Under the pieces are notes generated by a model, which was not told the DNA's origin, did no database searches, and worked only from the letters and a program-made list of their open reading frames with translations. A program made the translations under genes and the position numbers. A stretch of DNA of 42,115 nucleotides from a virus (lineage: Duplodnaviria; Caudoviricetes), in IMG/VR virus record IMGVR_UViG_3300032136_000009, positions 1 to 42,115 of that record. The stretch is one strand, 5' to 3'. Within the stretch, counting starts at the first letter, position 1. Each line of letters begins with the position of its first letter. Shown here piece after piece: positions 34,823-42,115 of this stretch.

Positions 34823-35188
34823 CTAGTGGCTTATCAGGAAACCATTAATGAAAGCGAGCGCTTCTCCGTAGCCAACTCCATTGGCTACTAATACCGTTAA
34901 GTGCTCGGAACATGTATGGAAATCTACTCCCACTCCCCCGTAATGCTCCATAGCACATTTCATGGCTCTGCGGATTTTAGGTAAGGGATAACCCGTCACG
35001 TCAAGCGACTTCAGTGGGTGTGGCAGTGCCACCTCCTTATCTGATCTTAGCTGCACGTACAATCCGCTCACCATGAACCCCCTCTCGTAGCAGACGTTAC
35101 ACCAGTTGAACCTCCGTATAATCCCACCTCTTAGTGGTGCTTCCGCATCGTACTCCGCACCACACCCTTGGCAATGTGCCTTGTCCAC
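34823..35188 (-). CDS. Hypothetical Zn-finger protein
   Basis: CQGC...CNVC; abuts the UvrD stop. Confidence 0.6.
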   Translation of the reverse strand: MDKAHCQGCGAEYDAEAPLRGGIIRRFNWCNVCYERGFMVSGLYVQLRSDKEVALPHPLKSLDVTGYPLPKIRRAMKCAMEHYGGVGVDFHTCSEHLTVLVANGVGYGEALAFINGFLISH

Positions 35189-36952
35189 TTAACACCCCGC
35201 TTTCTGAATGAAACCTAAAAAGTTCTTGCTGCGTGTCAGCGCAACGTATTCGACGTTCTTCTCTTGCTGAATGTCCTCCTCTGTCTTGGCGAAACTAGAA
35301 GGCATGAGATGAGGGTGCAGAATGAACACTGTCTCCGCTTCCAACCCCTTAGCTCTATGCACTGAACTACAGATGATGCCCTCCTTCTCATCATCAGCAA
35401 ACAGGTTCTGAATGTAATCTACAACGCTCCCTATCGTTTCCATCTCCGGTCGGCTGGCGATAGTCTGGATTACGCCACACCTGTCGTCCACCAGCTGCGC
35501 TGCGCTGTCCTGCCCTTTGTTGATGAGCTTGCTTACCTCACGTGTTCGGTAGGCGTCGAGCGCATCTAGCAATTCGGGCAACGTGCTCACACGGAACATC
35601 TCGATCAAGCTCACCAAGCTTGCGCCGATGTCCCTGCCCTTTATGGTCGCTTTCCGACCAGAACGAATCAGGTCCAAGCAAAGCGAGACGAGAGGCGCGT
35701 TCGTGCGGCAGAGCACCATGTCGCCGTCCTTGAGTTGCTTCTTTGCTTCGGCTTCGGTGTAGTGTTCGACCACTCCGGGCTTCGCCTGTTCCCACGGTTC
35801 AATCTCGGGGACCAGTCGTTGCGCTAGCTCCACGTGCTTCCGTGGGCATCGGTAGCAGATGTTCAGCGGCAACCGTTCGCTCTTCAAGCATGCGATGAGC
35901 AGGGGGATCGCCTGTGTATGCGCTCCACGGAACCCGTAGATGCTCTGGTACCGATCACCCACGACCAACGCGCGTCCCGCGCTGGAGGCAGCCACTAGGT
36001 TCTCTTTGCTGTTGCCCTTACAGAGGAACCGCTGTACGACCTCCATCTGCAACCGATTCAGGTCCTGTGCTTCGTCCACTACCACCCACTTATACTGTTC
36101 TGTCGGGTAGTCGTGGACATAGATGTGCCAGATCATGTCATCAAAGTCGATAACCTCTTTCATGTTCTTCGCGTACTCCAGCACCTCGGGGAGATACCGG
36201 AATACGGCTTCTTCATGTTCTTCGCTCGTGAATACAATGCCGTACTGACCGAGAAGATTTTCCATGGCAGACTTGTCGTTTGGTTCCGTTAACGTTGCTT
36301 TGCACAGACTGCCCAAGCGCATGAGCGTCTTGCTAACCTCGGGTCGTATCTTTAGGGGTAGTTCGCCGTCTGCGTCCATGAACCCTTTAATAATCGTGCG
36401 CATCTTCCCTTGGTCGATCTGCACTCCGGGGACCTGCTTTTTGATCGCGCGCAAGCAAACGCTGTGGAACGTGCCGCAGCTGAACCCAATCGGCAGCTTG
36501 CCGCGTAGCTCGTCAGCGATGTGCTTGTTAAACGCCACGAATAACGCCTCCATCGGGTTAGGGATCAACGTGGCAACGTGCACGGCAGTCGTCGTCTTGC
36601 CACTTCCGGGGACGGCTTCCACGGTTGCATTCCCCTTGCCGTACTGCACCCAATCGAAGATCGCCTGCTGGTACTTGCTCGGGTGCTTGATCTTGGAACC
36701 GGAACCCCCACCTCCTCCTCCTCCTCCTCCACTGTAGGGTCGGTAGCCTTTGCAACGTGGGTACCGACTGCATCCCCAAAAGCTACGACCCGTCTTGCGA
36801 TTACTGCGCTGACGCATCGGGCTACCGCAGGTTGGGCAGCTTGGTACCTTTGCTGCGGTCGCTCCGGTTTCGCGGAGCGTCTTGATCTGCACGCGACTGA
36901 GTCCACGCGCTCCGGTCTTCTTAACCTTGGGCTTCTTGCTTACTCGTGGCAT
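35189..36952 (-). CDS. UvrD/Rep (SF1) helicase with N-terminal topoisomerase-type C4 Zn ribbon
   Basis: CPTCGSPM...FWGCSRYPRC; poly-Gly linker; AVPGSGKTT, VDEAQD, VGDRYQSIYGFRGA, VHRAKGLE, YVALTR. SD AAGGAG before MPRVSKK. Confidence 0.93.
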   Translation of the reverse strand: MPRVSKKPKVKKTGARGLSRVQIKTLRETGATAAKVPSCPTCGSPMRQRSNRKTGRSFWGCSRYPRCKGYRPYSGGGGGGGGGSGSKIKHPSKYQQAIFDWVQYGKGNATVEAVPGSGKTTTAVHVATLIPNPMEALFVAFNKHIADELRGKLPIGFSCGTFHSVCLRAIKKQVPGVQIDQGKMRTIIKGFMDADGELPLKIRPEVSKTLMRLGSLCKATLTEPNDKSAMENLLGQYGIVFTSEEHEEAVFRYLPEVLEYAKNMKEVIDFDDMIWHIYVHDYPTEQYKWVVVDEAQDLNRLQMEVVQRFLCKGNSKENLVAASSAGRALVVGDRYQSIYGFRGAHTQAIPLLIACLKSERLPLNICYRCPRKHVELAQRLVPEIEPWEQAKPGVVEHYTEAEAKKQLKDGDMVLCRTNAPLVSLCLDLIRSGRKATIKGRDIGASLVSLIEMFRVSTLPELLDALDAYRTREVSKLINKGQDSAAQLVDDRCGVIQTIASRPEMETIGSVVDYIQNLFADDEKEGIICSSVHRAKGLEAETVFILHPHLMPSSFAKTEEDIQQEKNVEYVALTRSKNFLGFIQKAGC

Positions 36953-36962
36953 TGCTCTCTCC

Positions 36963-38495
36963 TTAGTTATCATGCTTAGGGTTGATGCGGAAGCAGTCGA
37001 TCAGGGCTTTAGTATGCCCGAGGAGTTCGCCTGCCATGTCTGTGAGTTTGTTGGAGTAGTCTTCGTCATGATCGCTGTACCCGAGTCCGTGGACTACCTC
37101 ATGTAAGGCTGAGACAACGATCTGATTCAAGTCACCCCTCGCCTTGTTCTTGCTGTAGTTGAACCGCTTGGTCCACTTGGAGCCGTCCATGCACACAGGG
37201 TTGATGAAGTACACCCTTCCATACTGCTGGCTCCATTCGTGCTGCGCAATGACGCCACCATCATTGAAAATGAACCCTACGGAGAACGTATCCTCGATTC
37301 CGTAGATCGCATGTATCTTCAGTAGTACCTTAGTCCAGATCATTAGTAACCGATAAGCGTACCGGCAGAACTTCGGGCTATCCGGTCGGTAGTCAGGCTT
37401 GACCGTTAGGCTGGTTTCGTTCTTGATGATAAGGTCTGTGGCAATCTGGTAAGCAGCATCCTCCAGCTGGGCAGCTTGCGCGCGCTCCTGCTCGTCTTGT
37501 GAGGAGTAACTTGCTGCGAGGTTCACTTGTAAGTCGATCGTTGGATGTACCTCTAAGTCTACCGCTGCTTCTGTTGGCTGCTCCACGACCTTCCCCTGCG
37601 TAAGCGTTGCTCCTTGCTGTGCAATGCGCTTGGCCTGTTTCTCCATGCCCTTTGCCTTGCAGCGTTCTCCGGGATAGTGGAGGTACTGCGTTCTGTGCTG
37701 CTTAAGTGCCTTGCGCTTGTTCACCAACAGGTCGGCCATGAACTCTTCCAGCTGCACTCGGGGTTCGTGCTGGAGAGAATCTCTGTTGGCTGTTAGCGTT
37801 GCTGCGCTGTCACCGGTGAGCTCCAGCACAACACAACCCGGATGACGCGTGTACGCGGTGAACATCGGCGTCCCGTCAATGCGGACGACGAGTGCGTTGC
37901 TGAGCTGCCGATTGGTATAGGCTTTAGCAAACAGTAGGTCGCGCCGGAAGTAACCCTTGTGGAGTCGCTCCTCGACTAGCGTATTGTTGAGGACGAAAGC
38001 ACACTTCACATTACTCATCACAATAAACCGCGCGAACGCGCGGAGTAGGTCGTCTTCTACGTTACCCTTAATCCATACGTCGCTCAGCGTACCATGCAGG
38101 GGCTCCTTTGCTCGCCGAGCGTTAATCTCATACTCTGCGCCGGAACCTTTGACCTCCCACTCGCCGCTCTCAATGCTGTAGCGTTCCCAGCAGAAGTACA
38201 GTAGCTCCTTCGCCTTCCCAAAACCACCTACGCTACCATGGAACCTCTTGCCGCTCTCACCGAGACTGAGCAGCTTGTCTTCGAGGATCTCGCGCGTCAT
38301 CGGTGAACCATCGTTACCGACGATAAGCTGAGTAGCTCCCTTATCTTCATGGTACGTAACGTTCACGCCGATGTTCTTGCTTCCGCAGTCGATGGAGTTC
38401 TGCATGAACTCTCGCGCGAGCGCCCACTTCCAGTTACTGTAGTCGAGCTTTGCATTCTGGAAGAACGAAGGACCGATCTTGACTTGCTTCTTCAT
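36963..38495 (-). CDS. GHKL (HATPase_c) ATPase with C-terminal HEXXH zincin-like motif
   Basis: REFMQNSID, NDGSPM, GGFGKAK, HGT; ALHEVVHGLG...HDEDY. Confidence 0.8.
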   Translation of the reverse strand: MKKQVKIGPSFFQNAKLDYSNWKWALAREFMQNSIDCGSKNIGVNVTYHEDKGATQLIVGNDGSPMTREILEDKLLSLGESGKRFHGSVGGFGKAKELLYFCWERYSIESGEWEVKGSGAEYEINARRAKEPLHGTLSDVWIKGNVEDDLLRAFARFIVMSNVKCAFVLNNTLVEERLHKGYFRRDLLFAKAYTNRQLSNALVVRIDGTPMFTAYTRHPGCVVLELTGDSAATLTANRDSLQHEPRVQLEEFMADLLVNKRKALKQHRTQYLHYPGERCKAKGMEKQAKRIAQQGATLTQGKVVEQPTEAAVDLEVHPTIDLQVNLAASYSSQDEQERAQAAQLEDAAYQIATDLIIKNETSLTVKPDYRPDSPKFCRYAYRLLMIWTKVLLKIHAIYGIEDTFSVGFIFNDGGVIAQHEWSQQYGRVYFINPVCMDGSKWTKRFNYSKNKARGDLNQIVVSALHEVVHGLGYSDHDEDYSNKLTDMAGELLGHTKALIDCFRINPKHDN

Positions 38496-38505
38496 GGTTA
38501 GCTCC

Positions 38506-39429
38506 TTAGTAACTCAGCCGGATGTAAACTTCGCCGCTCTCATTGTCAACGAGAGCAACCTCTCTACCTTCATCCTCGGTGGTCACGAGGTCGATCTTGC
38601 TCTGCGCGACTTCATCCAGTCTCTGCAGAGCTTTTCGCGCTTGCTGGATGGAGTGCATATCCTTAGCTTCCTTGATGGACACGCGTTGTTCCAGCTGCAT
38701 AAGGACATCACGTAACGCTTCCGCAATGTCTACCGTAACGCGTCCCCTCTTCTTTGTCTTGGTGGACTTAAACATGGCGCGAGCGGTTTCAACCGCATCT
38801 TGGAGGTTATCCGTGTAGTAGCGCTCCGCTTCCGACGAACCCTTACGTCCTACGCGGTATTCGCCATCCTTACGCGTCATCGTGTAGCCTTCAGGAAGAA
38901 GCATTCGTGCCTTCGCGAAGGTCAACGGATCCGACGGTTGAGGCGGAGCAACGGGGACCTCCTTCTTTGTGCTGAGGACGGACCAATCGTTCTCGTTCTG
39001 TCCCATGCGGAAAGCCGTACCGTTCTCATGGTAGATATGTGCGTCGCAGCCTTCGGGCCAGCGTTCGTCACGTTCCAACGCGAGGTAACACTGCGTCGCA
39101 TGCTGGAGAGAAGACACACGATGTATTGCGTTCTTGCTGAAGTGTCCGGGGGTTGTCTCGCGGACTGCGTAGAGCGTTCCTGCGGTGTCCATCTTGCGTT
39201 CTAGCTTCACGACCTTCGCGAGGACCTGCTTGTCACGGACCTCGGCATCGTGGGTCCAGTCCAGTCGGAAGGCTGTTCCTTCTTCATCTACGAAAGCAAC
39301 CGTCTTCCCGTCTTCGTGGAGTGCAACCCCAACGTCCCAAACCTCATCGTACTGGAACACGCCGATAGCTTCCATCGGCCCGTTCTCGGGGATCACGAAC
39401 ATCCGGACTACCTTTTCATTGCTAAACAT
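38506..39429 (-). CDS. Hypothetical early protein (two similar internal E(E/N)GTAFR motifs)
   Basis: SD AAGGAG before MFSNEK; DEEGTAFRL and HENGTAFRM. Confidence 0.7.
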   Translation of the reverse strand: MFSNEKVVRMFVIPENGPMEAIGVFQYDEVWDVGVALHEDGKTVAFVDEEGTAFRLDWTHDAEVRDKQVLAKVVKLERKMDTAGTLYAVRETTPGHFSKNAIHRVSSLQHATQCYLALERDERWPEGCDAHIYHENGTAFRMGQNENDWSVLSTKKEVPVAPPQPSDPLTFAKARMLLPEGYTMTRKDGEYRVGRKGSSEAERYYTDNLQDAVETARAMFKSTKTKKRGRVTVDIAEALRDVLMQLEQRVSIKEAKDMHSIQQARKALQRLDEVAQSKIDLVTTEDEGREVALVDNESGEVYIRLSY

Positions 39430-39460
39430 TGTGTTCACTCCTTGTTCAGGGTTTAGGTTA

Positions 39461-39483
39461 GGGGCTTGCACTTCGCAAGCCCC
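39461..39483. repeat. 9-bp intergenic inverted repeat
   Basis: ggggcttgc-acttc-gcaagcccc. Confidence 0.65.
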
Positions 39484-39495
39484 CTGAGTTCAGGT

Positions 39496-39798
39496 TCAGC
39501 ATGCAGAAGACATAAAGCCCATGCCCTTCAGCTCCTCCAAGGAGCAGTCCGGTGTGAGCATGCAACAGAACCGCATCGCGGCTTCCTTGCTGGAGAAGGC
39601 GATTCCGTGCGGGGACATCAGACAGAAGTACTCCTCGTCGATCTCGTAGAACACGCTGACGCCTTCCGGGTCGGCGATGACGAGCACATCCAGTCCGCGC
39701 ATCTGCCCTGACCCGATCAGCGGTCGGTCGCCGTTTGCCCAGCACGTTGCTCCGGCGAAGCCGTCCCAATCCCTGTCCTTGAATGCGTGCATCTCCAT
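39496..39798 (-). CDS. Hypothetical early protein
   Basis: SD AAGGAGG. Confidence 0.7.
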   Translation of the reverse strand: MEMHAFKDRDWDGFAGATCWANGDRPLIGSGQMRGLDVLVIADPEGVSVFYEIDEEYFCLMSPHGIAFSSKEAAMRFCCMLTPDCSLEELKGMGFMSSAC

Positions 39799-39868
39799 CG
39801 TTCACTCCTCCTTGCTTGCGGGGATCATGCGCGGACCGATTGCCCGTGCTGCCCAGTCCCCGACTTGA

Positions 39869-40066
39869 TTAACCGTTCATCGCCTTCTTGACTGTGTCCA
39901 ATCCACGTTTGATGATCTTCGCATCTCCGGGGAACCCGATTGCCTTCGCAGCTGCGTAACCGATCTCAAGCGTCTTCAGCGCGCGGCTCGGGGTGTAGTA
40001 CTGACCGATTCGCACCTTGCGTGCGACTGCGTTCGCCTTGCGGATCTGCCGTGTCGTGTGCTTCAT
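39869..40066 (-). CDS. First early gene, small basic protein
   Basis: SD AAGGAG before MKHTTRQIRK. Confidence 0.65.
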   Translation of the reverse strand: MKHTTRQIRKANAVARKVRIGQYYTPSRALKTLEIGYAAAKAIGFPGDAKIIKRGLDTVKKAMNG

Positions 40067-40106
40067 TGTTCTGCTCCTTTTGTTTGCGTTCTGTCTCATG
40101 ATCACT

Positions 40107-40199
40107 CCCTCCACCATTGGGGCGTCTGCCGTCACCCCCTGCGGAGGGGGGTCCTTTTTGACCCGTTGCCGGTCACACGCCGGAAACACCAATAGAGGG
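40107..40199 (-). ncRNA. Candidate structured leader RNA (three-way junction)
   Basis: Outer CCCTC-TATTGG-TGTTT-CCG / CGG-C-AGACG-CC-CCAATG-GTG-GAGGG, with inner TGACCG-GCAA-CGGGTCA and CCCCCT-CCGC-AGGGGG hairpins. Confidence 0.45.
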
Positions 40200-40228
40200 T
40201 GGGTTTGCTTTTCCCGACGAATCTGCCC

Positions 40229-40600
40229 AACCCTTGTGGGCACAAGGATTTAGTCCCACGACTCGTCCCTGTGCTGCACAAAGTGCAGGACTGTTCCAAC
40301 ATGCAAGGACTTACATCACCGAGCAAGGTTCCGATTTTGGAACCCCCCCTCACCCCCCTCCCCCCAAACGACCTGCAAGAACTAAAGGGGGTACTCGCAA
40401 AGACCTGCAAGGAGGGAGCTAAGCTTAGTCGTGGTAACGACTTGCAAGCGTTTTGACGGACTTCGCTGGGTACTCAAAACGGGAGACAAAATCGGCGTCG
40501 TGGCTGCAAGTCCTTACAGGTCTCGTATTTACAAAAGGTGCAAGCGACTCGCGCTTAGGTCGCGATTCCCATGGTCCAAAAGATGCAAGCAGTCGCAAGG
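40229..40600. promoter_or_regulatory. Non-coding control region with seven co-oriented TGCAAG motifs and short palindromes
   Basis: TGCAAG at 40302, 40374, 40406, 40443, 40505, 40539, 40584; palindromes ccttgtg-gg-cacaagg, ctgcac-aaa-gtgcag, cgttttga...tcaaaacg. Confidence 0.6.
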
Positions 40601-40775
40601 GGCCACAAATCGGGAACGACCGGAACAGCCCCCCACGCGGACGCAGGGGCTACGATTTTCGTCCGCCGGTGACAACATCCTCCCCGTACCGCAAACAGCC
40701 CCCCAGCTCTCTGCATTTAGTCCCTGCGGCATCCCCTGTGCTGCCCGTGCAGCCCTGTCCAGCCCTGCCGCAAAG

Positions 40776-40888
40776 CAAAATGACCGGAATGCACCCCCCA
40801 GTGAGGGACCCCCTTTAACAGGTGAAAGCTGGTGGTTCTAAAAGGGTAAAAGGACTCCCCCTCTCAGGGGGGTGTTCCGGTCATTTTG
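40776..40888. repeat. Inverted-repeat-bounded element, copy B
   Basis: Perfect 14-bp IR CAAAATGACCGGAA / TTCCGGTCATTTTG; abuts the stop of the last tail-like gene. Confidence 0.9.
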
Positions 40889-41455
40889 TTAACTGCCCGG
40901 AACGGTGGATTCGTCGGGTTCTCCACTCGCAGCTTGCTTAGGAATAGGACCGAAGACGCGCCTGACTCTTGGGGTAATCACATTGTAATACCCAACTCCA
41001 ACTCCGAACAGTGGACCCGTGTAGGTGTGCTTTACAGGGACGACGTTCTGATACGTGTTGAACTGTTGGAAGAACCCCCATACATGAAAGACGGTATTGT
41101 TATTCAAAGTAACTGGAAACTCTAGTATCTTCTGCGGAGTGCCTTCAATAGAGATTTGGTTAAGGTCAGAGTCTAACGGTACTACTTCTATCGTCTGACT
41201 AAAGTTAGTTACATCAGTCTGTGGGCCAATATCTACCTCCCCTCCGTAATCAGGTACAGCTGCATTGATTGTTAGGAACAGTAAGTTCTTTCCGAACTCC
41301 CATGCCTGCGACGGCACCTCTCCTCCATCAATGCTGTACCGGTAGCGAGTTATATTACCTCCTATCGCTACTTGATTGGTATAAATAACTTCCTTCCACT
41401 CACCTTCTTGGAGAATGAACACCGCACCCGGAGGATCAGTTAACCTATCACCCAT
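40889..41455 (-). CDS. Putative tail/virion protein
   Basis: 188 aa, beta-rich, visibly lower GC; TAATG coupling with the upstream gene. Confidence 0.65.
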   Translation of the reverse strand: MGDRLTDPPGAVFILQEGEWKEVIYTNQVAIGGNITRYRYSIDGGEVPSQAWEFGKNLLFLTINAAVPDYGGEVDIGPQTDVTNFSQTIEVVPLDSDLNQISIEGTPQKILEFPVTLNNNTVFHVWGFFQQFNTYQNVVPVKHTYTGPLFGVGVGYYNVITPRVRRVFGPIPKQAASGEPDESTVPGS

Positions 41456-42114
41456 TACGCGCTAACCTCTAGTAGCACTAAGTCGAACTCCGCATCCCAC
41501 ACAAGAGAACAAGTATCAGCAGAGTTAAAGTTCCACGCGTCCGTCCGCAGCCTGAGTCCGCAGGCTAAGTCAGGTATCGTTGCTTGAGCGTTTATTAGTC
41601 CGTAGCACCGATTGTACCCGCTTACACCCGTACCGACTGGTCTGCCTTCGTAAATGCTAGCTGAACCTATCACTGATGCAGTAGAATCTACCCATTCAAT
41701 CTTATAAAGCACCTTCGGACCGGTAGCCATCCCCAAGCCCCAAGTCCTAAAGCCGTTCGCGGTTAGTTCATGCTTGACCAACCCAACATGAGAAAGACGA
41801 TTTGCAATCAGCGTAACTGTATGATCAAGTGTGTTCTGCCAGAGAATACTATCGTAAGAGGTTCCGCTCCATCCGGGAGTGGTGTTAGAGCCTGAAGAAA
41901 CCAACCCACTTGCCTTATGGATGCTCACTCCGCCTTCAGACGATATAAGTGCAATGCGTCCGTCATACACCCGACGCGCGCGGTACATCTCCTCTTTCAT
42001 TACCTTACGACGCTGTAGTTCGTTTGCTGCTTCCTCTCGCGCGTTGCTAGAGGGTTCTCTCCAGTCAAGACGCTGAGTCCCATGTAGCCCGTCAACCGCT
42101 CTCCAAGCAACCTT
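41455..42114 (-). CDS. Partial (runs off right end) putative tail protein, C-terminal part
   Basis: The frame of the track ORF 41455..42000 stays open to the window end (KVAWRAVDGLHGTQRLDWREPSS...). Confidence 0.65.
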   Translation of the reverse strand, partial: KVAWRAVDGLHGTQRLDWREPSSNAREEAANELQRRKVMKEEMYRARRVYDGRIALISSEGGVSIHKASGLVSSGSNTTPGWSGTSYDSILWQNTLDHTVTLIANRLSHVGLVKHELTANGFRTWGLGMATGPKVLYKIEWVDSTASVIGSASIYEGRPVGTGVSGYNRCYGLINAQATIPDLACGLRLRTDAWNFNSADTCSLVWDAEFDLVLLEVSA

Positions 42115-42115
42115 C

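Noticed and set aside
2767-34826. Many long plus-strand ORFs (e.g. 2767-3816, 19708-20463, 26221-27027, 34092-34826)
   Set aside because: They are antisense shadows of motif-bearing minus-strand genes, with no recognisable motifs.
40297-40600. Semi-regular TGCAAG spacing as a possible CRISPR or mini-array
   Set aside because: The repeat is only 6-10 bp, spacing is irregular (32-72 bp) and no cas operon is present. The Cas4-like nuclease sits in a normal phage recombination module.
40828-40835. Exact E. coli Chi (GCTGGTGG) in the core of both IR elements
   Set aside because: Nothing suggests an enterobacterial host. Kept only as the shared inverted core, not called a functional Chi.
1-42115. 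Window as a complete circular genome, or use of a recoded genetic code
   Set aside because: The end ORFs do not join in frame, no terminal repeat was seen, and tail-tube, tape-measure and lysis genes are missing. Standard-code ORFs tile densely and end in all three stop codons.

Overview
About 42 kb of a tailed dsDNA bacteriophage genome. Both window ends cut through genes, so the genome is larger. Essentially all credible genes are on the minus strand. In transcription order (right to left): end of a tail-like module; a ~0.8 kb non-coding control region; small early genes; a GHKL ATPase with a C-terminal HEXXH motif; UvrD helicase; a lysine-rich protein; SNF2 helicase; three tRNA-like RNAs; RuvC-like resolvase; family-4 UDG; PD-(D/E)XK nuclease; AAA ATPase; SSB-like protein; family A DNA polymerase; TOPRIM primase-helicase; ParB-like and radical SAM genes; beta-clamp-like and prepilin-like genes; a lambda-like packaging/head module (cosQ-like site, TerS, GpA TerL, gpW-like, portal, S49 protease with nested scaffold); a Mu gpT-like major capsid gene; and virion-like proteins with signal peptides. 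No integrase, lysis gene or CRISPR array was recognised. A Planctomycetota-like host is a weak inference only. The strongest novelty candidate is 29869-30942. Two tRNA-like cloverleaves with expanded anticodon and variable arms sit in frame inside a small lipoprotein gene, and removing them exactly restores a canonical signal peptide. A circularly permuted paralogue of one of them lies ~700 bp downstream. Other oddities: two distant copies of an inverted-repeat element with an inverted core, shared Lys/Arg/Val terminal tags on DNA-metabolism proteins, an apparent AUU start for TerL, and an over-represented GCTGGAGA octamer. All calls come from reading motifs by eye; no searches were run.
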